Shown here one piece after another: positions 1-8,597 of a DNA stretch of 16,290 nucleotides. A program made the position numbers and the translations under genes. This stretch comes from Octopus sinensis (lineage: Eukaryota), in assembly GCF_006345805.1 (NCBI RefSeq), contig NW_021825233.1, forward strand, positions 1 to 16,290, written 5' to 3'. Under the pieces are notes generated by a model. It saw only the letters and a list, made by a program, of their open reading frames with translations, was not told the origin of the DNA and ran no database searches. The first letter of the stretch is position 1. Each line of letters starts with the position of its first letter.

Positions 1-249
1 ATCTATCATGCAGAAAGTATTTGCTCTTGTTTGTTGCTGGAAATTCTTCAAGAAATAGCTATGGTTGTTTATACATGAATTCATCATTTGTGTTCTTTTT
101 TAATTGAAATGTGCCAAAAGTTGTAACAGAATGTTATACTTCTCCAAGAGACATTGTAACTATTGGTGATATTAATGTAGGAAAACTTGTGGTTTATATT
201 AGAGCAATAGATCTTATAAATGCACATTTCAACACTCTTTAAACTTTAG

Positions 250-270
250 GTATATTCCGATAGCGAAGTA
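250..270 (+). other. candidate 21-nt microexon (VYSDSEV in phase 0)
   Basis: Flanked by ctctttaaactttAG (AG 248-249) and GTAAGT (271-276); length is a multiple of 3; no homology recognised. Confidence 0.2.
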
Positions 271-383
271 GTAAGTCGTCTTTCTCAGTGTCTAAATAAA
301 TATGTTTCATTATGTTTTTTATTAAACTAAAGATTCTGCTGGTGTTTAGTTTTTTTAGTTTAGAGGGTATTTCTTTTGATTCT

Positions 384-722
384 GTGAAGGCGCATGGCTC
401 AGTGGTTAGAGCGTCGGTTGTGAGCTCGATCGTGAGGTTGTGAGCTCGAATACCGGACCGGACTGCGTGTTGTGTTCTTGAGCAAGACACTTTATTTCAC
501 GTTACTCCAGTTCACTCAGCTGTAGAAATGAGTTGCGACGTCACTGGTGCTAAGCTGCATCGGCCTTTGCCTTTCCCCTTAGATAACACTAGTGGTGTGG
601 AGAATGGAGGCCGGTATGCATGGGCGACTGCTGGTCCTCCATAAACAACCTTGCCCGGACATGTGCCTGGAAAGGCAACTTTCTAGGTGCAATCTCATGG
701 TCTTTATCGTGACCGAAGGGGG
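384..722 (+). mobile_element. full-length tRNA-derived SINE with CORE-like central domain and 12-bp target-site duplication
   Basis: tRNA-like head GGCGCATGGCTCAGTGGTTAGAGCG from 389; GTGTTCTTGAGCAAGACACTTT resembles the conserved CORE-type domain; TCTTTTGATTCT is repeated at 372-383 and 723-734. Confidence 0.88.
395..453 (+). promoter_or_regulatory. Pol III internal promoter (A and B boxes) of the SINE
   Basis: A box TGGCTCAGTGG at 395-405; B-box-like GCTCGAATAC at 444-453 (one mismatch to GWTCRANNC). Confidence 0.7.
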
Positions 723-777
723 TCTTTTGATTCTAAATGAATAGCACAGTATATGCTTCTTTATGTTTTATAGGTGA

Positions 778-1085
778 CTAGCAGTATCGCCCGGCGTTGC
801 TCGGGTTTGTAAGGGAAATAACTATATAAGCATTTTTAGAGAGTTACTTCCCTTATATAATAGCAAAAAAATGCATTAAAAATGGGAAAAAATGATGGTA
901 ATTTTTTTTTAAATCGTAGACTCATCGTAGACGCGCGCTAGTACCCAGAAGGGCTCGGTATGAATCACGACTATAAGATACCCGCTTTTGGTTAAACTGC
1001 ACCGCAAAATGTGGGAGTAGTTAGGAATCTAAATCGTAGGAGACAGACACTCACACAACTTCACTTTTATATATATATATATGTA
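778..1085 (-). mobile_element. non-autonomous Helitron
   Basis: On the minus strand it ends in CTAG followed by T (778-781, flank 777), with a GC-rich hairpin CCCG-A-GC-AAC-GC-CGGG (790-805) 8 nt before the CTAG. The 5' end reads (TA)n-TATAAAAGTGAAGTTGTGTGAGTGTCTGTCT, the layout of Lep1-type short Helitrons; the 5' TC is obscured by the TA run. Confidence 0.75.
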
Positions 1086-1101
1086 TCTTCTTTTTATTAT
1101 T

Positions 1102-1282
1102 GGGGAATGGAGCTAGTCAGTTATATTGACCTCAGTGCTTAAGTTGTACTTATTTTATCGACCCCGAAAGTACGAAAGGCAGGTTAAGTCGAACTTGGTG
1201 GAATATGAACTCACAACCTAAAGTTGAAAAAATGATGGTAAGCATTTTGTCCGGCATGATAACGAATTTGCCAGCTCACCGC
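1102..1282 (-). mobile_element. tRNA-derived SINE (family with GCGGTGAGCTGGCA head)
   Basis: Minus strand reads GCGGTGAGCTGGCAAATTCGTTATCATGCCGGACAAAATGCTTA...GAGTTCATATTCCACC...CCTTTCGTACTTTCGGGGTCGATAAAATAAGTAC; related copies lie at 3481-3735 and 12745-13270. Confidence 0.85.
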
Positions 1283-1695
1283 TTTTTGTGCTGGTGGTAT
1301 ATTGTTTGAAACGTGTCTTTCGTCTGTCAGTTTCGTAGATATTTTTCTTTCCGTAAGAAAAAAGACGTATTTAGTCTTTTTTCCACCTTTAACATTTTGC
1401 AAAACCCATGTGAAAATAAGGTTTTGCATGATATTTAAAAAAAAAACCTTAACGGTCTCCCCCATATTAAGGCTCAAAAAGCTTGAGTGTTTTGCTTTTT
1501 GTGAGTGAAATATTTCCGGTACTTTGAAGCTAGTTTTTTCCTTAGATCATATCTGAATTCATAACAAAGGAAAAGGCCTTAACTCTCATCCTTTCGTTTA
1601 ATTTTTCTGTATTTTCAAAAAAAAAAAAAACAATGTTTTGCGCTAGTGTCAGGATTATTTTCTAAAAATTGCCTTGTTTACTCTTTCATTTTCAG

Positions 1696-1730
1696 ATTTC
1701 AATACTTTACACTCAATACCAATAAATTAA
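1696..1730 (+). other. candidate 35-nt exon (xFQYFTLNTNKL)
   Basis: Strong acceptor ctctttcattttcAG and donor-like GTAATT at 1731; no recognisable homology. Confidence 0.15.
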
Positions 1731-2448
1731 GTAATTCAGAGTTGAATCGTTGGTGTATTCATGATCTTCTAATGATCTGATGAGCGAGTTTTGTTTATTT
1801 GCATTGATTTGTACACGGCGAAGTGCTATAATTCATATTGTATATTGCATAGCATACGTATTATTGCAAACATGTAAACATAATTTTATTCCACACTAAA
1901 ATTATTACTTTATGAAAATGGCTGTGAAACGGTCGTAATCCTAATGTTGACAAGTGGTTAAATATATTCACCTTTCATACCTCCTGACTTTTTGTGCTAT
2001 ATACTCCTTATGAAATAACCTCGTCGATTGGATATCCTGAATTTCAGCTGCATATAACTTTGTAATATGTTCCTCTGTGTTGGATTATTATGTAGGATAA
2101 TAGCCAGACCTGCTTGAGAAGTTTTCTGTAATAGCCACACGATTTTATAGATCCATGTATTACAGTACAAATTTACACGTGTGGGGAGGGTATAAGTGTG
2201 GTGTGTGTGTGTGTATGTGTAAATGTGTGTATTCGTTATTAGCAGCGGAAGCTCTATAACCTGATAATAGCATTCGTATTTAACGTAGATATACTGTGTA
2301 ATACCAAATAACTACAGACCATTCATGTCAATGATGCATCGCGTATAGGCGTATAATGCTAAGATATACAGAGGTATATAAGTATCCACAGTAACCGCAT
2401 ACTTAGTCAAATTTAGCTCCTACTGATATAGAAAAACAGTATTTACTT

Positions 2449-2668
2449 ATACACACACATACACACACATGTGTGTATGTATGTATGTATGTAAATATGT
2501 AGGTATGTATGTATGTATATATGTATGTATGTATGCATATATGTATGCATGTATGTATGTATGTAGGTAGGTATGTATGTATGTATATATGGATGTATGT
2601 ATGCATATATGTATGTATGTATTATGTATGTATGTATGTATGTATGTATGTATGTATGTATGCATGTA
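2449..2668. repeat. (CA)n/(ATGT)n compound microsatellite
   Basis: Direct reading of the tandem units. Confidence 0.97.
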
Positions 2669-2778
2669 TATCATTATACGGTTTACTTAAGGATTTCTTG
2701 CCAATAGAGAAAGAACAGGTTTCTAACCTAGATTCAGGGTTCCTTCATTGGAATTTCAATATCAACAACGGTATTTTT

Positions 2779-2831
2779 GTCTGTCTGTCTGACTGTCTGT
2801 CTGTCTGTCTGTCTGTATGTATGTATGTATG

Positions 2832-2865
<34 letters not shown>

Positions 2866-2892
2866 TGTATGTATGTATGTATGTATTATGTA

Positions 2893-2925
<33 letters not shown>

Positions 2926-2946
2926 ATGTATGTATGTATGTATGTA
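2779..2946. repeat. (CTGT)n-(ATGT)n-(GT)n compound microsatellite
   Basis: Direct reading of the tandem units. Confidence 0.97.
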
Positions 2947-2949
2947 TTG

Positions 2950-3435
2950 CATGGTCGGGTCGTCGGCTGCTAAACCGGCAACCCCACTAAGCTTGCTTGG
3001 TGAGGAGGGTGTTTATGAAAAGCAAAACCCGTCAAAGGGCGGAGGAACTCTTGAGAGTCAACGGCCATCCAATAAATAGCTTAAGGCTGTATCATGCGCA
3101 AGGACATAGAAATAATCGGACTGAATACGCGATCGCGCGGTTAAACCATCGGGAGTGAAGGATTCCTAGCCTTTATTAGGGCATCCTTCTAAGAGAAGGT
3201 AACTCAGGTAACTGGGATTACTCCGACATAAAACCTGCGGCTCAGTGGTTACCGATGATGTTGACTTGTTCTTCTTTTCGCATTATGGCTGCTGTTGCTT
3301 AGTGAGTGGGATTGACTCAGTGCACAGCCTTTCCTCACTTAAAAAAAATCTTCTTGCACAGGCATTGCACGATAACAACATTGATTAAGCAACGGGATAT
3401 AAGCAGCTAGAGTTCCATCTACATACAACATTTGA
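2950..3435 (+). mobile_element. probable 5' region of an RTE-clade LINE (5' UTR plus decayed start of APE endonuclease)
   Basis: GC-richer island containing GGGCATCCTTCTAAGAGAAGGTAACTC...AAAACCTGC, like the motif in RTE 5' UTRs. 3308-3385 translates GIDSVHSLSSLKKNLLAQALHDNNID, similar to the NVRTL...L...L...NIDI start of APE domains, then a stop. Confidence 0.45.
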
Positions 3436-3480
3436 AGTATAATTTCATCATAATATGTGAAGTTCATCAGAAAGAATGTA

Positions 3481-3735
3481 GAGGTGATAGAATCGTTAGG
3501 ACTGCAAATAAAATGCCTAGTGATATTTGCTTAAGTATTTTCAAGCCCGAGTTCGAATCCCACCGAAATCGAATTTCACTTTCATCTATCTGAGTTTTGA
3601 TAAATAAGGGAGACTGATTTAAGTATTCGGTTGATAGAAAAGTTAGAAGGACAGGAAAATTCTTTGCAACGGACGAGTAAAGACTCTTGAAATCTGAGTT
3701 CAAATTCTAGAAGAGTTTACTCTCTTTCCTTAATG
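3481..3735 (+). mobile_element. two degenerate SINE heads in tandem (same family as 1102-1282)
   Basis: GATAGAATCGTTAGGACTGCAAATAAAATGCCTAG...GAGTTCGAATCCCACCGAAATCG, then a second GTTAGAAGGACAGG...CTGAGTTCAAATTC; both carry B boxes. Confidence 0.65.
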
Positions 3736-4425
3736 TTTCATTAATATTATCGATAAAATAAAGTTGTAGACACGTTTTCTAGGGATCTGATGCAATCGAC
3801 TATTCTCCTTTTTTTCCCCAAACCTATGGCCTTGTCACCATGTCATGAATCAATATATGAACTACTTTGAAGAAATAGATTTTGTATGAATATTTTCACC
3901 GTGAATTATTGACAAGCAAACTTGAAATGTTTTGGTGGGTACGCTTGTTTCTGTTTCTTTGCGAGAAATATGCTCCTCGATCCGTTGCCACTTCAGGAAT
4001 TAAGTTCTAGTGAAACGAATGCAATTTGAATAAAAATTATCAAAAGTCACCGAAGTAACTAAATGGGAGAACAATTCAAGATTTGAGTTTAATACATGTA
4101 ATGCGATGTGACAGTTGTTATTCACTGTTATACAAGGTTTCTTAGCCATTATCTGGTACCACGTTGCAATCGGTAATGGACGCCACGGCGGAATTGTTAT
4201 AAATTCGGACGTTTCAAATAAAAGTTAGATGGAAAATGGCTGTTAAGGAAAGGTCTTTCATTCGGCTGTCAAAGCAAAATGGATACTTTCATAGAATGAT
4301 ATCAATGTGTAAGCCATGAGAAGAATGATGAAAACTGCAGAGTTTCATACCGCATTAAACTAAACAAGTTTGCAAGAAATATTCGAGCTTCTTTATAGCA
4401 ATCTCTCTGTGAGAAAAGATACATA

Positions 4426-4497
<72 letters not shown>
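4426..4497. repeat. perfect (TAG)24 microsatellite
   Basis: 72 nt of uninterrupted TAG, followed by a short (CAG)n. Confidence 0.98.
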
Positions 4498-4499
<2 letters not shown>

Positions 4500-4709
4500 A
4501 CAGCAGCAGCATCTTTTTATTTTATAAAATTTCATATCAATGTTAACTGTTCAATATAATTAATTACAACTGATAAAGAAAAAAGTCAGGTTTTCAATAA
4601 AGAAATAAAATCTACGCATGATGCTTCTTTATATGTGTTATATCACCCACCAATACGGTTTCTAAATTATACACACATACACACACACGTACATATATAT
4701 ATATATATA

Positions 4710-4919
4710 AAGTTAATCCAAACAAGAAAACACAGAAAAAAAGAGAAAAAAAACACAGCAACGCAGGACGTGGAACAATTAAAGTATTATTGACGCTCAG
4801 GAAAGAAGGAAGGAGGGTTTAACGTTTCGAGCGAGCTCTTCGTCGGAAACAAGGAGAAGGAAAGATCCCAAGGAGGGAAGACAGAGGAGACAATATTTGA
4901 CTGGTGGTGCTTAAGAGAT

Positions 4920-4920
<1 letters not shown>
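4710..4920 (-). mobile_element. Penelope-like element terminal fragment carrying a hammerhead motif
   Basis: Hammerhead-like motif at 4817-4850 followed on the minus strand by pyrimidine-rich sequence that runs into (TA)n; this is the layout of PLE pseudo-LTRs. Confidence 0.6.
4817..4850 (-). ncRNA. minimal type I hammerhead ribozyme motif (U4C variant)
   Basis: Minus strand GTTT-CCGACGA-A-GAGC-TC-GCTC-GAA-ACGT-T-AAAC: stem I GTTT/AAAC, stem II GAGC/GCTC, palindromic ACGT as stem III, cleavage triplet GUU. Confidence 0.7.
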
Positions 4921-4955
<35 letters not shown>

Positions 4956-4958
<3 letters not shown>

Positions 4959-5165
4959 CTCTTTACTTGTTCCAGTTATTTGACTGCAGCCATGCTGGAG
5001 CACTGCCGTTAGTCGAGCAAATCGAACCCCCCGGACTTATTCTTTTTAAACCTAGTATTTATTCTGTCCCGATCTTTTACCGAACCGCTAAGTTACGGGG
5101 ACGTAAACACACCAACATCGGTTGTCAAGCGATGGTGGGGGAACCAACACAGACGCACAAACAAA
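4956..5165 (-). mobile_element. 3' half of a SINE (microsatellite-linked body plus LINE-like tail)
   Basis: Colinear with copies at 10723-10846 and 12384-12613 (CATCGCTTGACAACCGATG...CCCCGTAACTTAGCGGTTCGG...GCTCCAGCATGGCTGCAGTC). Confidence 0.9.
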
Positions 5166-5174
5166 GATACATAC

Positions 5175-5213
<39 letters not shown>

Positions 5214-5217
5214 CGAC

Positions 5218-5249
<32 letters not shown>
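5166..5249. repeat. (TG)n/(TA)n microsatellite
   Basis: Direct reading. Confidence 0.95.
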
Positions 5250-5447
5250 TTCGTTTTTGGATTTGGTTTGCAAGATTCTTTATATGAGTTCGTGTGTTGA
5301 AGCATATTCTGTTGTGTCTAGGGAGAGTCATTTTCATTTTGTGCCTTATAATTTAACACACTCACCGGTAAAATTTCCACTTATTCTTTATTTTTATTTT
5401 CCTAAAATTTTCGTTGCGTCTTGCAACCTTTTCAATAGTCTTGACTC
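5250..5447 (-). mobile_element. probable Penelope-like or retrozyme-like fragment beginning with a hammerhead motif
   Basis: Hammerhead-like fold at 5402-5438, then about 150 nt of A-rich minus-strand sequence ending in (TA)n. Confidence 0.45.
5402..5438 (-). ncRNA. minimal type I hammerhead ribozyme motif with U3-A8 core
   Basis: Minus strand CTA-TTGAAAA-G-GTTGC-AAGAC-GCAAC-GAA-AATT-T-TAG: stem I CTA/TAG, 5-bp stem II, palindromic AATT as stem III. Confidence 0.55.
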
Positions 5448-5487
5448 TGTCCATTATTTACACTGCGTTCCTTTTTGTTTGTTCGCA

Positions 5488-5583
5488 TGTGTGTGGGTCA
5501 GTGTGTGTGCGTGCCTATGCATGCATGCATGTATGTATGTATGTATGTATGTATGTATGTATGTATGTATGTATGTATGTATT
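5488..5583. repeat. (TG)n/(ATGT)n microsatellite
   Basis: Direct reading. Confidence 0.95.
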
Positions 5584-5591
5584 AACCATTA

Positions 5592-5737
5592 ATGTTATCA
5601 TTATTATCATTCATAATATTATTAATAACGCTTACATTAGGATCCAGAGCGGTATATATGTATGTCCGGGTTTCAGTTAATGGTATTGACAACGATAATG
5701 ATGCTAACTTTAATGACACTTTAGAAATTATTGTCAA
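5592..5737 (+). CDS. candidate first coding exon or 49-aa ORF of a secreted protein
   Basis: ATG at 5592 gives MLSLLSFIILLITLTLGSRAVYMYVRVSVNGIDNDNDANFNDTLEIIVK, stop 5739-5741. Signal-peptide-like N terminus; donor-like CAA|GTAATA at 5737/5738; alternative acceptor cttacattAG at 5639-5640. Confidence 0.35.
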
Positions 5738-6100
5738 GTAATATAATGTACTATTGACTATGTATATTTGCATCTAGGTACTAATTTGTGTATGTTTATT
5801 ATCACAATATTAAGTAAAAAAACTGAGACATTGAGTGTGGAACACATATATATGTTTTCTAATTTATATTATTTATTTATATAATTATGTATATGTATAT
5901 TTTTATATGTATAGGAGTGTGAGTATATGCACTCATATGTATATGTATATGTTGTATTATGGGTATGCACCCACACCCATGTGGGTATATATGTAGACTG
6001 ATTTATATTATATTACATAATCTCCGAAAGGCCTTATGATATTTTTGTAAGCTCATTTATATCTATATATTGACCAACCATAAAGTGCTAATATTGGTAA

Positions 6101-6140
6101 AATGAGACATACTTATCTACATGGCCGAAACAGCTGTAAG
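6101..6140 (+). ncRNA. degenerate hammerhead-like motif
   Basis: ATGGCC-GAA-ACAGCTGT-A-AG keeps the GAAA half and an 8-nt palindromic stem III; the CUGANGA half is decayed (AAAATGA). Confidence 0.3.
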
Positions 6141-6558
6141 ATGTAACCTATACTTATATTTATATTTACTTATATTTATATTCTCTTTTATATATATATT
6201 CTACTTATTATACAACATTACTCTTTTATGTACACTTTTTTATGTACCTTCCTTTATGTACACTGATTTGTTCTGCTTTTTATATCTAACCCTACAGTCT
6301 CTTATGTGGTGGTTTAATAAAGTATGTGTTTGAGTATTATCTGGTAATTGATATTTGATTTAGATGTATTTCTCCATTTTCTTATCTTGTATTAGTAATT
6401 TGTGGTAAATCATTTTACCTTTGCCCATATAATACAGTAAATGAATTGATTGCACTGCAATCATTAACATTTACGTATTAACTTTGTTGGGTACTTCACT
6501 AGCAGTATTTTGGATATATATTATCCATGGGGGTTGCATTACAACCCCTATCTCATTT

Positions 6559-6559
6559 G

Positions 6560-6590
<31 letters not shown>

Positions 6591-6627
6591 CATACATATT
6601 TATCATATATACATATATATAATATAT

Positions 6628-6720
<93 letters not shown>

Positions 6721-6740
6721 ACTAATATAACTAATATATA
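6559..6740. repeat. (TA)n-rich microsatellite block
   Basis: Direct reading. Confidence 0.95.
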
Positions 6741-6876
6741 GTCTTCTTGACTAATTTTTTACACTTTAGTCCACTGGAAATATAAATTTTGATTGAATAT
6801 TTTAAATTTAATTAAATTCCATTTCCCTTTTGATATGATAAAACATTATATTTATATATATATACATATATATATA

Positions 6877-7129
6877 TTGCCAAAGAGTCTGAGGAACTTG
6901 CACAAAGTAGATGTAGCGGTCTTTAAATCAAAGCTGGACATCTTCCTGTCGAGAGTTCCAGATGAACCTACCTCACGGCAAGAGGTGCAAATGAGAGTAG
7001 CTATGTCAAACTCCATCTTCACCAAGTCCACATATTAAGGAGGTTCTTCGTAATAACAGTGTAGTAGCACAAACGGCGGTGCATCAGCATGGCCGCAGCT
7101 CTGAGCTGAAACGCAAACAACAAAAAAAA
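6877..7129 (+). mobile_element. 5'-truncated CR1-group LINE: ORF2 C terminus plus 3' UTR and A-rich tail
   Basis: 6877-7038 translates LPKSLRNLHKVDVAVFKSKLDIFLSRVPDEPTSRQEVQMRVAMSNSIFTKSTY* (LP..RN...FK..LD.FL..VPDEP...SNS pattern). Tail GGCGGTGCATCAGCATGGCCGCAGCTCTGAGCTGAAAC then A-rich; (TA)n on both sides. Confidence 0.8.
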
Positions 7130-7464
7130 TTATATATATATAACCATGACTAGAAGGTTTGCTTCAAAATTTTCTCTAGTAACGTCCCTACACGTGTATT
7201 AAGGAAAACTGTAAGATCGACAAACGTAACCCTGGCTCGATGTAATTATTACATCTTTATGTCTTCAGAGTTGAATTTCTGAAATCAATCTTAATGATGT
7301 TAAATTCAGTAATTAATTAATTAACTTTTTTCCTTATGTAAACACTGTAGTATGTAAAGCTGTGGAGACGGATATCAAGAAAGTTTGACTAAAGAATCTC
7401 TTTCAGAATATAAAGGAACACATTATAGTTCGCAATAATACTGTTTATCTCTCACCGCCGTACT

Positions 7465-7466
7465 AT

Positions 7467-7518
<52 letters not shown>

Positions 7519-7561
7519 GTATGTATGTATGCATATATATATATACATACACACGCACATT

Positions 7562-7602
<41 letters not shown>

Positions 7603-7908
7603 TCTTTATTTTTATTAAACTTTAATACTTTTGATATATAAAAAAAAAATATAAATAAATAAAAATGAAATAATTAAATTAATAAATTAATTAATTAATT
7701 AATTAATAAAATAATATATAAATATAAAAATATACATACATACATATATATATATATTTGTATATATATATAAAATTTTTAAGTTAAATTATTTAATAAT
7801 TTTTTTATTTTTAACTTTTATATCTTAAATTAATTTTATGTATTGGCTTATTTTTTCACTGTTTGATTTGCCTAATAGTGGTTTTATCTCTAATTTAATA
7901 TAAATATA

Positions 7909-7948
<40 letters not shown>

Positions 7949-7976
7949 ATATATATACATATATATGTATGTATGT
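7465..7976. repeat. (CA)n, (TA)n and extremely AT-rich low-complexity block
   Basis: Direct reading; almost no G or C over about 500 nt. Confidence 0.9.
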
Positions 7977-8319
7977 ATTCTGTAAATAATAATAATATTA
8001 GTATTTTATAAGCTTAGAGCTTTTAAGCGATCACTGTGCAATGACTAAAAAAAATAGTTTAATAATGAGGTATATAAGCTCTCGACGGAAAAAAGTGGGT
8101 ATAAATGGATAGCGCACTTGTCGAGAAAACAAAGAGATATGGGTTTCTCTCCCATGCGTATGGGAAAAAAGCCTACTTTTTTTTCCGCCGAGCGTTTATA
8201 TGCCCCATTATTAGACTATATTCATTAGTCATTGCACGGTGATAGCTTTATAAGCAATCACCGTGCAATGACAAATTAAGCTTAAGCTTATAAAATACTA
8301 TTATTATTATTTACAGAAT
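7977..8319. mobile_element. foldback/MITE-like element with long imperfect inverted arms
   Basis: ATTCTGTAAATAATAATAAT...TAGTATTTTATAAGCTTA pairs with 8282-8319; 8019-8100 pairs with 8171-8255; no clear TSD. Confidence 0.75.
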
Positions 8320-8597
8320 TGTAACAACCATCGTATATATATGCATACACATACATAAAATTTAAAGAAGAGGAAAACAAAATCAAGGCAGTCCAAGCTT
8401 ATCAGTTTATTTAAATTCATTTAAATTAGATCTGGTAGATCCTTTCTCTCAGTTGGATGCATTAATAAACTCGCTTTCTGAAATATGTACTTATCTAGGG
8501 ATATACGTAAGGAAATATGGATAAACCTAGGAATGTGGATAAACCGCCATAACCCGCAGAGCAGGATGGAAAAAGGCGATTTATCCCTCGTCATCAA

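Noticed and set aside
1975-2130. Minus-strand open stretch TEEHITKLYAAEIQDIQSTRLFHKEYIAQKVRRYER
   Set aside because: Short, weak acceptor and no recognisable family.
2403-3079. Overlapping ORFs rich in MYVC/HTYI
   Set aside because: Translations of (ATGT)n and (CTGT)n microsatellites; the same applies to the ORFs at 4904-5680, 6484-6741, 9518-10606 and 14210-15370.
6499-6548. ACTAGCAGTAT identical to the Helitron 3' end, and a GGGGTTG/CAACCCC hairpin
   Set aside because: Only an 11-nt match, and the hairpin is too far from CTAG for a Helitron terminus.
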